From Oopsacas minuta (Eukaryota; Animalia; Porifera): 64,000 nucleotides of DNA. The notes under the pieces are model-generated. The model worked only from the letters and a program-made list of their open reading frames with translations. It searched no databases and was not told the DNA's origin. Within the stretch, counting starts at the first letter, position 1; every line of letters begins with the position of its first letter. A program made the position numbers and the translations under genes. This document shows positions 10,997-23,598 of this stretch, one piece after another. The stretch covers positions 1,116,001 through 1,180,000 of the forward strand of contig JAKMXF010000222.1 of the NCBI GenBank assembly GCA_024704765.1, in the 5' to 3' direction.

Positions 10997-13900
10997 CACA
11001 GTGGTTTAGAAGCAAAGGATAGACAAAAAATTGATTCCCTATTTGATGGTTTCTTTTCATTTTATATTGTTTAAATGATTCTCATTTAAAATATCTAAGC
11101 GATTGAGACCCTAGAAGCTGTAAAATTTCTTCATCAAAGATGCAAAATATTTATAGGAAATTGCGGCTTCATGATTTCCAAATTTAGCCACAATTTCAAA
11201 TGAACCTGTAAGAGCAATTACATAATCGAATGTTACTAATCTGGTATACTTTATATATTTCGACTATGCTAATTCTAAATATCTTGTTTCCATGACCGTA
11301 TCTTGTATATATTTCGTGAAGATAAGATTTCTAAAATCTAGTAAAATCCATACAGAATTTTTACAAAGAGGAATACTTAAAGTGTCAGGAAAAATAAACA
11401 ACACAAAACAACAGCGCAAAATGAATCGGATACACGCATTACGATTCCTAAAAACGTAATCTAAAACCACAAAACCCGAAACAGTGCGCAACCTATAATT
11501 TTCAATAACATTCCATTACAACTTTTCGTTGCTAGGAAATTCCCATTGTAGCATACTGCAACAATGGAATGAAATTTATTATAGTGACTTATATATATAA
11601 TCTACTGAATAATACAACATATTTTTCGGAATTTCTTAAAAACAATGACAGAAGAGTTAACTTTCCCAAAGTCCCGCCTCGAATTGGCAAGAATCCTGAA
11701 AGACAATAATAATTGTATCTTGTAAACGACAAAATATTTCAAAGAACACTTTGAAATAGACTCTGATAATACGAAACTCTTGGAAACGTTGCTGTTAAGA
11801 ATTCGGGACAGATTCAAGAAGGCGAAGAGATCTTTAGATTGTTTAGAAGGAGAATGGTGGCATTCTAACATTTCCATGAAACCTGAGTTAAAGAAAAATC
11901 TTGTTTCTGATTTACTAGAGTCGCCTTCTGGTGATGGTGAAGTTCCCATTCATTCAGTGAGTCATAGAAAGCATCTTGATGGTCTCTCTCTGCAACAACA
12001 GCGTACTCGATTGTCAAGTCCGCTAGAATGCATTAAGTCACTCTCAGTTATTGAGAATACTACAGAAATAAGCATTGCAGCACTCTCATTACAACTATTG
12101 GCAAATGAGGAGAATAATCGTCAGGTTGCTACGGTAGCCAAAGAGATTATTGTCAGTGGAGGATTCTGTAACCTCAGTAACAAGCATGTTCCAGTTGATA
12201 AAGCCTTATTCCTGCTGGATTTACTTGAAGTGGGCAGACGAAAATACACTCAACTACGTCAAACACTTCTACCAGAGAATATACATTTCCCATCTTACAG
12301 CAAGCTAGCTAATCTGAGAGATGTCATGATTTCGCGAGCCAGTATAACTTTATATCCTAATCCAGCTAAACCAATAGGTATACACGCACCATATTGTCTT
12401 CAAGTTCAGAAAACCCTGGAAAGAATATTATCAATGGTAGATCGCCCCACAAGTGAAGAATTCCCACTCACATTTAAAATCGCAGATGGCTTAGATGGTT
12501 CTGGTGTCACACTATCTACAACCAGCAGACAACTAATACTTTCACCAAAAACTTCATTCTGTTTTGTTTCAAGCCCATCTCCATCCACACTGTAACAAAC
12601 AGGATTGTTTGGCAGAATAAATCCCCTAATTCACCCTTCTCTCAAAGACCTATTTTTCTCTGCGCTGCGACAGAATGCGAAGAAAATATTCGTTCCTTCA
12701 TGGAGACTATGATTAATCCCGATACAAAGATGTTGCAAAATGGGATTCCTTTAGAAAATGGTGTTGTCAATGTCGATATTATCCGCTCAATGTTTGATGG
12801 GAAGATGGTAGCCATTCTCTCTGGAGTTGGAGGAGCCAGTTGTTAGATGTGCACTGCCACACATAAAGATTTGAAGGACCGGAATTTAGTTCTTGAAGGG
12901 TTCCCCATCAACGGAAATATCACAGATGCAATCGAGTTATTTTCGCACATTGATGACAGTGAGTCGTTCTTTGCTCTTTCGACTAACGAACGCTTCAATT
13001 TAACTCATCAACCAATTTCAGAGATTAATATACATCCAGCATCTCCACTTCATTCATACACAGGCATATTTAGGTAAGTAATCTAGTACTCCATTAATCA
13101 TTCAGAATTTGTCTTCACATAATTAAACCAATTTTAGGTGGTTCAATTTGCTGGTACATCATCTTCGCATCGAAAAGTTTACCTGGTCCCCAACTTCACC
13201 AGTTATCAAGGAGTCAATGAAATTCCTTCAAACATTTATTCAGGAGAAGACAGGATTAAAGGTTGACCAGCCTATTCTAGCGGTGGAACCACCTCAACAG
13301 GGAATGTTGCTAGAAGAGCCTTTTCTGATGAAACTGAATACCTTGAATGCATTCTATCAACTGTAACAATACAATATCGCCAATCTTATCAAAGATACAT
13401 ACTCAGCTTTCAGCCATTCTTCGGGTTTTCAATTCAAGTCACAAGGTTAACACTTTGGAATTGGGGAAGTGGTGCAAGGATACCTACCTTGTCATCTTAG
13501 ATTCTTTCCCCTGGGCTAGCATGACTCCAACCCTGCACAAGCTCTTGGCCCATTCCGAGGAGTTAATACGTGAGTCGAGTTCTAGCTATGGCTTAAAGGC
13601 ATTTTCAGAAGAAGGCACAGAATCATGCAACAAATTAATTAGAAAATATCGGGAGAATTTAGCTCGTAAAGTTAGTTTTGAGACCAATAATATGGATATC
13701 TTCGTCAGATTAACCTCTCAAAGTGATCCAAACTTAGTAAACTGTCGAAGAATTTTGACTTGTGAACGATGTGGTTAATCTGGACACAACGAGATCCAAA
13801 TGCTCCAATGCTATGAACAATCAGAAAACTAGTATACAGACTTTATTCACGACTTTAACCTCCAATACAGATTGCCTATCATGAACTTAAGTATGAATAT

Positions 13901-14257
13901 AATGTATATTTTGTAAATCAATAAGATAAATTCCATCATAAGTGTGACGTCATAACTCTATAAATACAAGCCCTACAACAAAATTTTAAGTTCAAGGTGA
14001 TTGCCAATACGGATAACCCATATGTAATCAATAGATTTCATGGCGATAAAGTCGAGTGAAATGTATTTATTGAAGAAAATTTAAAATTTCACATATATCA
14101 ATGACGTCATAACTTGGAAATTTTAGGCCATATACTTGTTATGACAAGCTGTATTGGTTCCTTATATATAATAATCTATATGTAAATAATACATTTCATA
14201 TGGCTATCTCACACCAAAATAGCTATTCTTTACTTACTGCTCTATTAAACCACTGTG
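10997..14257 (+). mobile_element. RAG1-like/Transib-superfamily transposon, 3261 bp
   Basis: Termini CACAGTGGTTTA (10997) and TAAACCACTGTG (14257), a 12-bp perfect TIR starting with the RSS heptamer. 5-bp TSD TAGAT at 10992-10996 and 14258-14262. Confidence 0.92.
11645..13778 (+). pseudogene. RAG1-like transposase (disrupted; one intron at 13074-13137)
   Basis: ATG at 11645 with an in-frame TAA at ~11723. NBD-like HRKHLDGLSLQQQRTRL...ENNRQVA; first Asp GLDGSG; second Asp MFDGKM; CxxC; LHKLLAH; catalytic Glu in SEEGTESCNKL. Frameshifts near 12510 and 13270-13350. Confidence 0.85.
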
Positions 14258-16276
14258 TAGATATAGCACTAATATTAAGAAATTGTAGGAAAGCTCACCC
14301 CTTGGTATTGACTTTTTTATCATATTGCAGTTTTGTCTGAGTTGTTCAGAATGGATATTCTCTGCAGCTGATTTGAATCGTGTGTCTCGAGTCTCATAGA
14401 TACAGCTTAATTCTTCTCCTGGCTCAGAAAATGGCGGGGAAAATTCATCTTGATCGTCTATATAGTCATTTTCTGACTGCTGCGATAGAATTTCTCTAAA
14501 TATAGCGTCTTCATGTTCAAAGTCTTCTATAGGATCAATAGCCAGGTTTGGATATGTAGACAACAGATCCACATGTTTTGACTCCCGTCTCCACATTACA
14601 TTAAATGGAGTTTATCCATGTGACTTCTTCTTTGTAGAATTTATAGTGAGACATGCGAGCTTGAGTAATTGGGACCAGTGATTGCCTGTCTGGACTTCCA
14701 TCTTTGTTAACTTCCTAAGATCAATGAGTAATAGTTATTCAATATCTTTATTACACTGAGTAACTTGCCGTCTAATCTGCGAAATTATAACTTACGTTTT
14801 CAGGATTTTATCGTGTGCCTCTACCAAACCGTTAGCCATAGGAAGGTAAGCTCTAGTACTACGGTTGTCAATGTGTAGTTTGCAATGGAATTCCTGAAAC
14901 AGCTAAAGAAAATATATTAATAAATTAAGTAATTTCAGATATATTAAGTTCTAGTATCACTTACACTGCTTGTAAACTCTGGGCCATTGCCATGTTGAAT
15001 AATATCCGACAATCCCATTGTAGCATAGATATCTTGAAGATTTTGAATAACTCAGAAGTTTTCCTCTTAAGGGGTCTTACAACTACGAACTTGCTTAAGT
15101 AGCAAACTGTGACAAGAACATGTTTAAATCCTTCGGAACTCATAGGGAGGTCACAAATCAAGTCCATGCCTAAGTGTTTCCATGTTCTAGAAGGAGGTTA
15201 AATTGGTTGAAGTTTCTTGGTTGATTTTGGAATTGTTGCTGTCATTTGGCATATCTTACAAGAAGCCACCTAGTATATTAAATTTTCAATGATTATCAAA
15301 TTATGTACTCTGAATTTAAGAAAAAGGATTTTTAGGGTAGCATAGAAGTTTCTCAAACTCTCAATAATAACAAAATATTCATAGTAATAATAAAACTAGT
15401 CCTTCTTTTTCCGAATTATTGAGAATGAACTGTACTCAAGTAAGTTACTTACATAATCAATGATATGTGTATATAAGCCTTTCTAGGTATGTTGTTGCTG
15501 TATGGAATCAACAGTGGCATTGATTCCAGGGTGACCAACTTGATCATGATGTTTTTTGATTATATCATCCCTTTCCGTTTCTAACGGGACTTCCAAATCA
15601 ACTGTTGAACCATTGATGTCCACTTTCTAGATAATTGTTCATATGATATTGCATCAATAACTCAAATATTTATATACAGTAGTGTTCGCCTATTTGCAAG
15701 CAAATTTTCAGCAAGGTGCCACTTGCCATTTGGCGAACACAACTGCAGATTATAAATAATATTGAGGGTTTACCTTGTAAAGTTTGTTATCTTCACCGAG
15801 AAATTATCATAACTTTTCTTCTAAAATTCCATCTTTTTGCTGAGATAACTCCGTCAGGTTCAGGATATGTTCCAACTTTTAAAAACTTTACAATTTCTTC
15901 ATAAAATACTTCCATCTTTATTGTTACTTGAAAATTATTTACAATTTATATGCGAATTCGAAAAGCTATCTTGGTCACAAATGTGTCAAGTCATTATTAC
16001 GTCAATACTACAAATAAACCGCATAATGATAACTACATATTCTGTATATAGTTTCTCCCTCTGTTACCGTGCCTCAATATTCTACAGTGGATATTCACCC
16101 ATGGTCTATGTATACAGTGCCTCAATATTCTACGTGCCTCACTAATCTATGCAACAGCTCTGTTTGTTCTAACCCCATTTTTATTTCTATTTCTGATGCT
16201 GTTACAATTACTACTCTAATTTGATTTCAGATCGTGCCAATCATTTTTTCGTTTAATTTACTTTATTCATCACTTA

Positions 16277-17620
16277 CAGGGTGGTAAGAAATTGATGCCC
16301 TACTGACCTAATTTATATTATGAACCCAAAATATTCTTGAAGTTTGGTAATTACCATATTTTCATCAGTTATTTATTTCTTACGTTTTGTTCTTTGATTT
16401 TGACATATTGTTCTTGCTTAGGAAGCGTATTTTATTTATATTATTTATCAAATTTGTTTATCCAAATTTCAGCTGATAATAATGGTTAGGGAGACCAGTT
16501 CATGTGCAAGAAGCAGGGCTCTAGGAATCGTATTAGGAGGAATGACCCAAAAATGTGCTTCAGAAAAGTTAGGTGTGAATATTCGTACAATTCGACGATG
16601 GCTATCCCGTTATCAGAATGAAGGTTCCTTTGAAAATATGCATGAACGTGGACGTAAATCAAAACTTACAAAAGTTGCAAAAATCGTCATAGCCAAATCT
16701 ATTTCCAAGAGACATCAATCAACACGGAAATTAGCTAAACGTTTACGCTCAAAGGGTTGTGCAGTTTCTCATACTACTGTGCGTAAGTATTTAATGAGTC
16801 ACTCAAAGTAATTCCTTTCAAACCTCAAAAACAGTTGAAAATTACTGAAAACCAGCGGACCGCTTGCCTAAAGTTTTGTCGAGATCGAAAAACTTGGAAA
16901 TAGAAGACTGGTGTCGAGTATTGTTTTAAGACGAATCACCCTTTGAGATATATCCACATCCTAATAGTCAAAATGATCGTGTCTGGGCTTATGACCGATC
17001 TCAGCTTTTACCCTCTGAAAGAATAAAATTTCTCTCAAGAATCCTTGTATGGGGTGTAATGTCGTTTAGAGCTGTATCAGAACTTCATTTCATCCCAAAA
17101 GGCCAAACAATCACAGCTGAATATTATGTGAACGAGATATTAAATGGGTCAATGATGTCTAGTTTGCTTCGCCAACCAGAACAGGGCAGTATTTTAACTA
17201 GGAAGTTGGTGCCAGACATGTCACGATACATTTTCCAACAGGATGGTGCGTCGGCACATACAGCCAAAAGAGCACAAGAATGGTGCAATACCAACTTAGT
17301 TGAGTTTTGGCATAAGAGTCAATGGCCAGGCAACTCTCCTGATCTCAACCCGATAGAAAATTTATGGTCTATCGTAAAGCAAGAGATTGAACTGATGGAC
17401 ACTCCAACCAATATTTCAATGCTCGAAAAACACATCAAGCAGGCGTGGTCTCAAATTTCACCAGAAACTTTGGAGAATTTAGTATCCGGGATGCCAAAAA
17501 GGATGAAATTATGCATAAAACAAAAGGGTGGATATATGGTAAAATAACTAGTGTATTGTATTGTTGTATTACCACATTATGATAAGAAGAATATTAGGAC
17601 ATCAATTTCTTTACACCCTG
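16277..17620 (+). mobile_element. Tc1-like DD37E transposon, 1344 bp, disrupted transposase
   Basis: TA|CAGGGTGGTAAGAAATTGATG ... CATCAATTTCTTTACACCCTG|TA. ORF pieces 16482-16811 and 17059-17547; QQDGA...NSPDLNPIE has 37 residues between D and E. Confidence 0.9.
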
Positions 17621-17899
17621 TATATAATACATTTCCTTGACTCCAAATCAATCTTTGCGAAAGAAATGGGATAGGAGGTCAGGACGTATTGGTCGTTCAA
17701 AGTGTATTTCAGATCCTATTCCGGTTTTGCCAATTATTCTTTGGACAGCTTCAAATATTTCTCTTTCTAATCTTTCTCACTCTTTATCTTGCTTATCTCG
17801 TGCTACCAATAGCTTACAATATGTTTCACATGTCCCGAAGGAAAGTATGATCAAAATCGGGCTATGGTATGTTCGCTCAGAGAAAAATAAGTGTTATAT

Positions 17900-20747
17900 T
17901 TATCAGAATTAATTCTTTACAACTCACTGGATATTTTAATTTTAACGTAAACATGGCTGACGTCTGGTAAGGATCATACTTTAGGCCTCTTTGTGATCTC
18001 TTACCAGGATATATGATAATTAATCAACCTCGTCAATCACCTGATGGTGGGCTGGCTCTTCTATTAAGTACTGACCTTGCTTCTAAAAGAAAAACATTGG
18101 ACCATTGTACAAATCTTCCGAATACTTAGATGTAACTTTCACTTATGAAAATATGTTACTCCGAGTAGTTTCAACCTATCGTCCAATTATATCTGCCAAA
18201 ACAATAAACTCTGTTTTGACCAATTTTTATTGGAATTCTCAGACTTTCTTGAATGTATATATACTATAACTGGAGATTTTTATATTATGTCTGATATGAT
18301 GTTTAATTCGGAAACTTATCGGTTAGTGATCATCTTGCTACTTTTGATTTGTGTCAACACATCCATCGTCCAGCACATCTCACTGGCCATACGTTAGATC
18401 TGTAATCACTACATGTACTGACAGTGATGCCATATATTCTGCAGATGTGTTTTCTGATACCCTATCTGACCATTCGTATATTTTATGTAATGCAAGATTT
18501 CCTTATCTCAAACCTTCTAAATTTCTCTATTTCTGCAAGAAAGATTAGATCTATTGAGGTTGAATCCTTTATCGAGAGTGTGATTGATTCTTGATTTCGG
18601 GCCAGATACAGATATATTGGACATGTTAGTTGGGAAATATAACTCAAATTTACAAGCTGTTCTGGATTCTTATGGCCTTTGATTAATTGGACCCTGACAA
18701 GTCGTCCCAAGTCTCAGTGGTATTCCGATTATTTAAAGGAAATCAAGCGAGAAGTTCGGACAATAGAATTGAGATACATAACAAACAAACTTATTATTAA
18801 CTTCGATATGTTTAAAAGTAAATGCATTATGTATATAGCCCTCCACAATTCAGCAAAAACAACATATTATAGTGAGAAGTTTGGAAAAGTGATACCAAAG
18901 AACCTGTTTCAGCTAGTCAAGAGTCTATCAGTTGTGCATAAAGGACGTTTACTGCCTAAGTGTCATTCTAAACAAGATTTGGCTAGTTCCTTTTCTGCTT
19001 ATTTTGTATAGAAAGTAGATTCTCTCAGATTGAACGTTCCTGAAATTTTCCATCATATAAAATTTTCTACTCATATTTGTCCTTCCTAAAGTGAATTTAT
19101 CCTCTCAGTTTGGTAGAAGTTGGAGGGTTAATCAAAAATTCCCAAACTAAATCCTGTAGCATGGACCCTATTCCTACATCTATTCTAACACAATGCCTTG
19201 AAAGTTTGTTGATACAATCGCCTATATTATTTATAGTTCGGTTAACCAGTCTCTTTGTCCAAGTAATCTAAAGTAATCTATGGTTATTCTATCCATGAAG
19301 AAGAACTCACTTTACCCAAACGAGTTTTAAGTTACAGGCTTATTTCCAATCTACCCTTCTTGTCCAAGATTGTTGAAAGTCTATTGGTATCGAATTAGAA
19401 CGTTACTTATTAGAAAATATTCTCTATCCGCTGAAACAATCTGGATGCAGAATACATCATTCTACAGAAACGGTTCTAATTAAAATATTCAGTGACTTAT
19501 GTTGTGCCTGGATGAATGCAGAAGTGCTGTGTTCGTCCTTTTAGATCTATCTGAGACTTTTGATACGGTTGATCATGAGATTCTTCTTGAGCGTCTGCAA
19601 ACTATATTTGGTTGTACTGGTAAAGTTATTAAATGGTTAAGATCGTATTTGACCTAAAGACAACAGTTTGTAAGTGTCTATGGTTATGAACCTGATCCAT
19701 AATGGGTACATGAGGTGTGCCACAAGGTTCGGTATTGGGTCCACTACTCTTTGATCTATATATCTCTCCTGTTGAGGATATCATCCTAGCTCATGGGCTA
19801 TCAGTTTTGTTTTATGCGGATGATACACAGTTTCTATAATTCTGAAGTCAACACGAATAAAAGAAATTAAGAACTGTAGAGACGCTTGTTTATCTGACCT
19901 TGTTAAATCGTTTTCTTAAAATAAAATGGTTTGTAATCCTAACAAGTCAAACATTGTATATTATTCTTCTAAATATTGTGATGAATCCAGTCCCTTCTCC
20001 ATCGCGTTTGGTTCTTCTGTTTTCAATCAGTTGATACTGTCCGAAATTTGGGAGTTTACTTCGATAAACATCTATCAATGAAATCGCTTATTAGTAATAT
20101 TTGCAAAACAGCTTCACTATCTCTTAGTAGAATTGGTTGCTTATATAGTTCATGCGTTTATATCTAGTATGCTCGATTACTGTAATTCTATTCTCTTCGG
20201 GCTAACAGTCAGAGAGATAAATAGGTTACAAAGTATCAAGAACGCAGCTGCTAGGCTAGTAACTGAAACCAAGAAGTATGAACATATTGTTCCTGTGCTA
20301 AAAGGTCTACACTGGTTACCAGTCAAACCTCGAATTGAGTACAAAATTCTTTTGATCACCTTCAAAATTATATGTGGCCATTGTCCATCATACCTCAATA
20401 CTCTAATCAGTTTTTGAGTTGTGGCTATCATCTGATATATGCGTCATCCGATATACTCCAACTACCCAGATCTAGGTTCAAAATTAACGGTGACCGTGCT
20501 CTTTCGCATGCTGTCCCAAGTCTCTGGAATTCTCTTACTGAATAAAAACACATCAAAACATTTTTGTTTCATAAATACTATTTATAAATATTTCTGTTCT
20601 TCTGTATAGCGCACATTTTTGTATTTACTTGGTACTTTTCTTCTTTTCTCCTTTGTATGTGTTTGTCATTGAAATATAAATGATTTGAGACTAATATTGT
20701 GTTAAGCGTGCTAAAATGTTGTATTTATTATGATTATTATGATTATG

Positions 20748-20779
<32 letters not shown>

Positions 20780-20840
20780 CATTATTATTATTATTATTAT
20801 TATTTTCTTCTTCCTCTTCTTCCTCTTCTTATTACTATTA
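17900..20840 (+). mobile_element. L2/CR1-group LINE, degenerate (endonuclease + RT)
   Basis: Endonuclease motifs GGLAL, GHTLDL, LSDH; RT motifs [47 protein letters not shown]; C-terminal LDYCNS...LHWLPV. 3' tail of (ATT)n. Confidence 0.85.
20725..20840. repeat. (ATT)n/(GATTAT)n/(CTT)n microsatellite, 3' tail of the LINE
   Basis: Read directly from the sequence. Confidence 0.95.
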
Positions 20841-21190
20841 TTAAAGCATAAACACAAGGAAAAAGATCAAGAGTGACAGAATTCGAAAAGCAACTGAGTA
20901 TATGAAAATCTATCGGACGATTGAATTTTTCCGATGTATTTATATATTAAAATGAATTTTCAATTGTTTTGGTTAGATAATACACTGAATATTTAACCTT
21001 CTGTTTCATTATTAAATTCAGCATGTAATTGCATCCATGGTCCCAATTTCTCTTAATAATATTTAGTCTTATGTTTGCTAGACTAGGTTTGGCTATATTT
21101 TGTAATATAAAGAAACAATCACCATTTTCACACTAGATCGGGACCACAACCCTGGTTCATATTTCAATTGTTACTGTGAGGGCTTATGTA

Positions 21191-22534
21191 CAGGGTGTCT
21201 CAAAAGTTTTTTCACCTTATTCATCAAGCCAGTAAATTGTATTTATTGTAAAGAATCATTAGACTATTTGCCAATGTATTCACCGTTAAGTTCAATACAA
21301 GAATTAATGCGGTTTGGCATTCCATCGATTAAATTCTGGAGAATCGATGGGCTAATACCACTCCAGATATTTTCCAAGATTTTCGCCAGTTGTTTTAGAT
21401 TAGTAGCGGGCTTCCTCTTGTCCAGCTCTGCCTGCATAATGGCCCACAGATTTTCTATAGGATTCAAATCTGGCGAGTTACTAGGCCATATATCTTTCGC
21501 CCAGAATCCTGGTAAATGATCAGAAAGCCACTTCTGTGTCTTTATAGCAGTATGAGCAGGGGCTCCATCCTGCATAAAAAAAGTGTCGGATATCTTTCGA
21601 TACAATTTCCTCTGAGTCAGGGGCCCTCTCATCTTCTTACGTTTATAGGTAGGGAGACAGCACTTAGCCAGTATTTCATTGATATAATAGTCCGCATTCA
21701 CAGAATGTCTTGGGGAGATTAGATGGAGTTCTGATAGTCCACGATGACTCATCATTCCCCAGACCATTAATCTTGGAGGATTTTTGACCGTTTCGACTGG
21801 AGTGATATTACGCGAACTGACGTCCCAAACCCGATCATTCTGTGAATTTGTAGGGTGAAAAAGCTCAAAGGGACTTTCATCACTGAAGAAAACTCGCTCC
21901 CAATCAAGTGAAGTCCAAGATTTATGCTCAAGACAGAACTTGACCCTTTTAGACTTCTGTACTTCCGTCAATTTAGGGTTTGATGGCCGTTTATACGCTT
22001 TAGCCCCAATAGAATTGTGTAAATAACGGTGAACAGTATCTTTACTAATAGCAACATATTTACTTGAAATATATTTCGCCAATTTCCGAGTTGAATGCCA
22101 TCGTTTGCCTATGGATTTTCGAATTATTATTTTTGGGACTCGGGAAAGTTTCGGCGGACATCCAGAACGAGGCTTGTCATTGAGCATTTCTCCAGCTTTT
22201 TGCTTTTTGTTCCAATTCTTTACGGTTCGAATTGTGACTCCAAGTGTGTCAGCAACTGTTCTTTGACTGGAACCAGCTAGTAGCATACCTATCGCTCTCT
22301 CGCGGATGGATAATCTCGTCATTTTGACATCCATAATATTGAAATTTGATAATTATACAAAGTATCGCAAAATGAATCACAAAATTAAATATTTGATACT
22401 ACTCATGGTTGAGAACATTAATCAACTATAAATTGACAATGCTAAAATAAATGGGTAGGTAGTAAATGAGGTAGACTGATTTCTGTTCAAATATATTGAA
22501 ATACTAATGGTGAAAAAACTTTTGAGACACCCTG
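21191..22534 (-). mobile_element. Tc1-like DD37E transposon, 1344 bp, apparently intact
   Basis: 26-bp perfect TIR CAGGGTGTCTCAAAAGTTTTTTCACC with TA on both sides and an uninterrupted ORF. Confidence 0.95.
21264..22334 (-). CDS. DD37E transposase, 356 aa
   Basis: N-terminal HTH with RSGCPPKL; FSDES, MQDGA and NSPDLNPIE catalytic triad with 37-residue D-E spacing. Confidence 0.92.
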   Translation of the reverse strand: MDVKMTRLSIRERAIGMLLAGSSQRTVADTLGVTIRTVKNWNKKQKAGEMLNDKPRSGCPPKLSRVPKIIIRKSIGKRWHSTRKLAKYISSKYVAISKDTVHRYLHNSIGAKAYKRPSNPKLTEVQKSKRVKFCLEHKSWTSLDWERVFFSDESPFELFHPTNSQNDRVWDVSSRNITPVETVKNPPRLMVWGMMSHRGLSELHLISPRHSVNADYYINEILAKCCLPTYKRKKMRGPLTQRKLYRKISDTFFMQDGAPAHTAIKTQKWLSDHLPGFWAKDIWPSNSPDLNPIENLWAIMQAELDKRKPATNLKQLAKILENIWSGISPSILQNLIDGMPNRINSCIELNGEYIGK

Positions 22535-22687
22535 TATAGTACACTAAGTTTTAACTAATTTGAATTTCTCAGATTGTAAATAATGTGGGATTTACATATA
22601 TTCTCATCGCTTTTTCTTAGTTCATTTGCCTGCAATTAACTAGTAGGAAATGGCGGATTATCAAAGTTGTTTCAATATACTCATATC

Positions 22688-23539
22688 TGGGGCATTAGGA
22701 TCTTTCAATCAAAGATCATAAAATTTGGATCTTGATCCTTTTGAGGATTGGAAGAGGATCATCAATCCATTGTAAAGTAGGATCTTGATCGGGATCTGAT
22801 TGTTAATTTCTGAAAAATCTCTATCCTTCCAAATATCTACAAGTAATAGTGTAATATTCTTGAATTTGACTGACGAAACAGCACAAGTTGTACTAATCCG
22901 AAACTCCCAATTCAATATCTTGTTCTATACATTTATACTAATTCCTCAATGATCCGCAACTAGTGTATGTATTAACGAAAAACTGTGAGAGATCATTTCT
23001 GGGTATTCAGCAGCTTGTATATGAATAATTATTTTCGTGGTTAGCAATTCCTAACTTATTCCTAACCTTTGAATGCACAAAACCGAATTTTGAGAATATA
23101 CTCTCACTATCCAGCACTTGATGCCACATCTCAAGTATATGGCGACAAAGTGTAATCAGAGTATTCCTGTAGAGATGACTGGTCTCAGATTCCACTATGC
23201 AATACTGGAGATTGTTTGTGTAAATTTTTCCGTAAACAAGGATGGATTGAATGGTTGACTCTTGGCCCTGAAGTTGATAACTATAGCCAAACCTGGTGTA
23301 TTCTAGGCTGCATAATTCTAATCCTGCATCACCTCGCAATTTGAAAATTTGCACCCATGACCTTGGATCAATTATGTTAACCAAATAGTGTGTTGTGGTT
23401 AGCGCCTGTTTGGATCGTTCCTGTACTCTTTGTGACCAAGAAGAAGAGCAGCCAATTCGAAGAATACAAACATGCTTATTCAATCGTGTATTTGATCGAA
23501 TTTCCGTATTGTTAGAGAAAAAACTTGTAGTTATTCGAA
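22688..23539 (-). mobile_element. hAT element, 3' part (dimerisation domain + terminus); proposed target of element X
   Basis: HYLVNIIDPR and VASSAG/ESIFSKFGFVHSKVRNKLG (hATC-like, frameshifted). Terminus TGGGGCATTAGGATC at 22688. Confidence 0.7.
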
Positions 23540-23598
23540 AGTGTAGCGTTGGTGGATAACGAAAATGTCATCAGAATTATAAAATATATGATGACTTA

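Larger units (their letters stand above)
10740..15660 (-). pseudogene. Ginger B integrase (H2C2, rve, GPY/F), intron-containing, interrupted by the RAG1-like element
   Basis: HDQVGHPGINAT...CKIC; GMDLICDLP...VCYLSKFV; AYLPMANGLVEAHDKILKT|KLTKME; KFFGPHTVCKV. Intron 14715-14795 and others; several stops. Confidence 0.8.
8597..16156 (-). mobile_element. Ginger DNA transposon B (complete ends, degenerate ORF, OTU cargo)
   Basis: ~150-bp TIRs beginning TGTTGCATAGATTAGTGAGGCACGTAGAATATTGAGG and ending ...CTATGCAACA. 4-bp TSD GCTC at 8593-8596 and 16157-16160. Spliced Gypsy-like integrase on the minus strand. Confidence 0.9.

Noticed and set aside
11602-11949. Minus-strand ORFs inside the RAG1-like element as a RAG2-like gene
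   Set aside because: They overlap the transposase antisense, are short, and show no kelch or PHD pattern.
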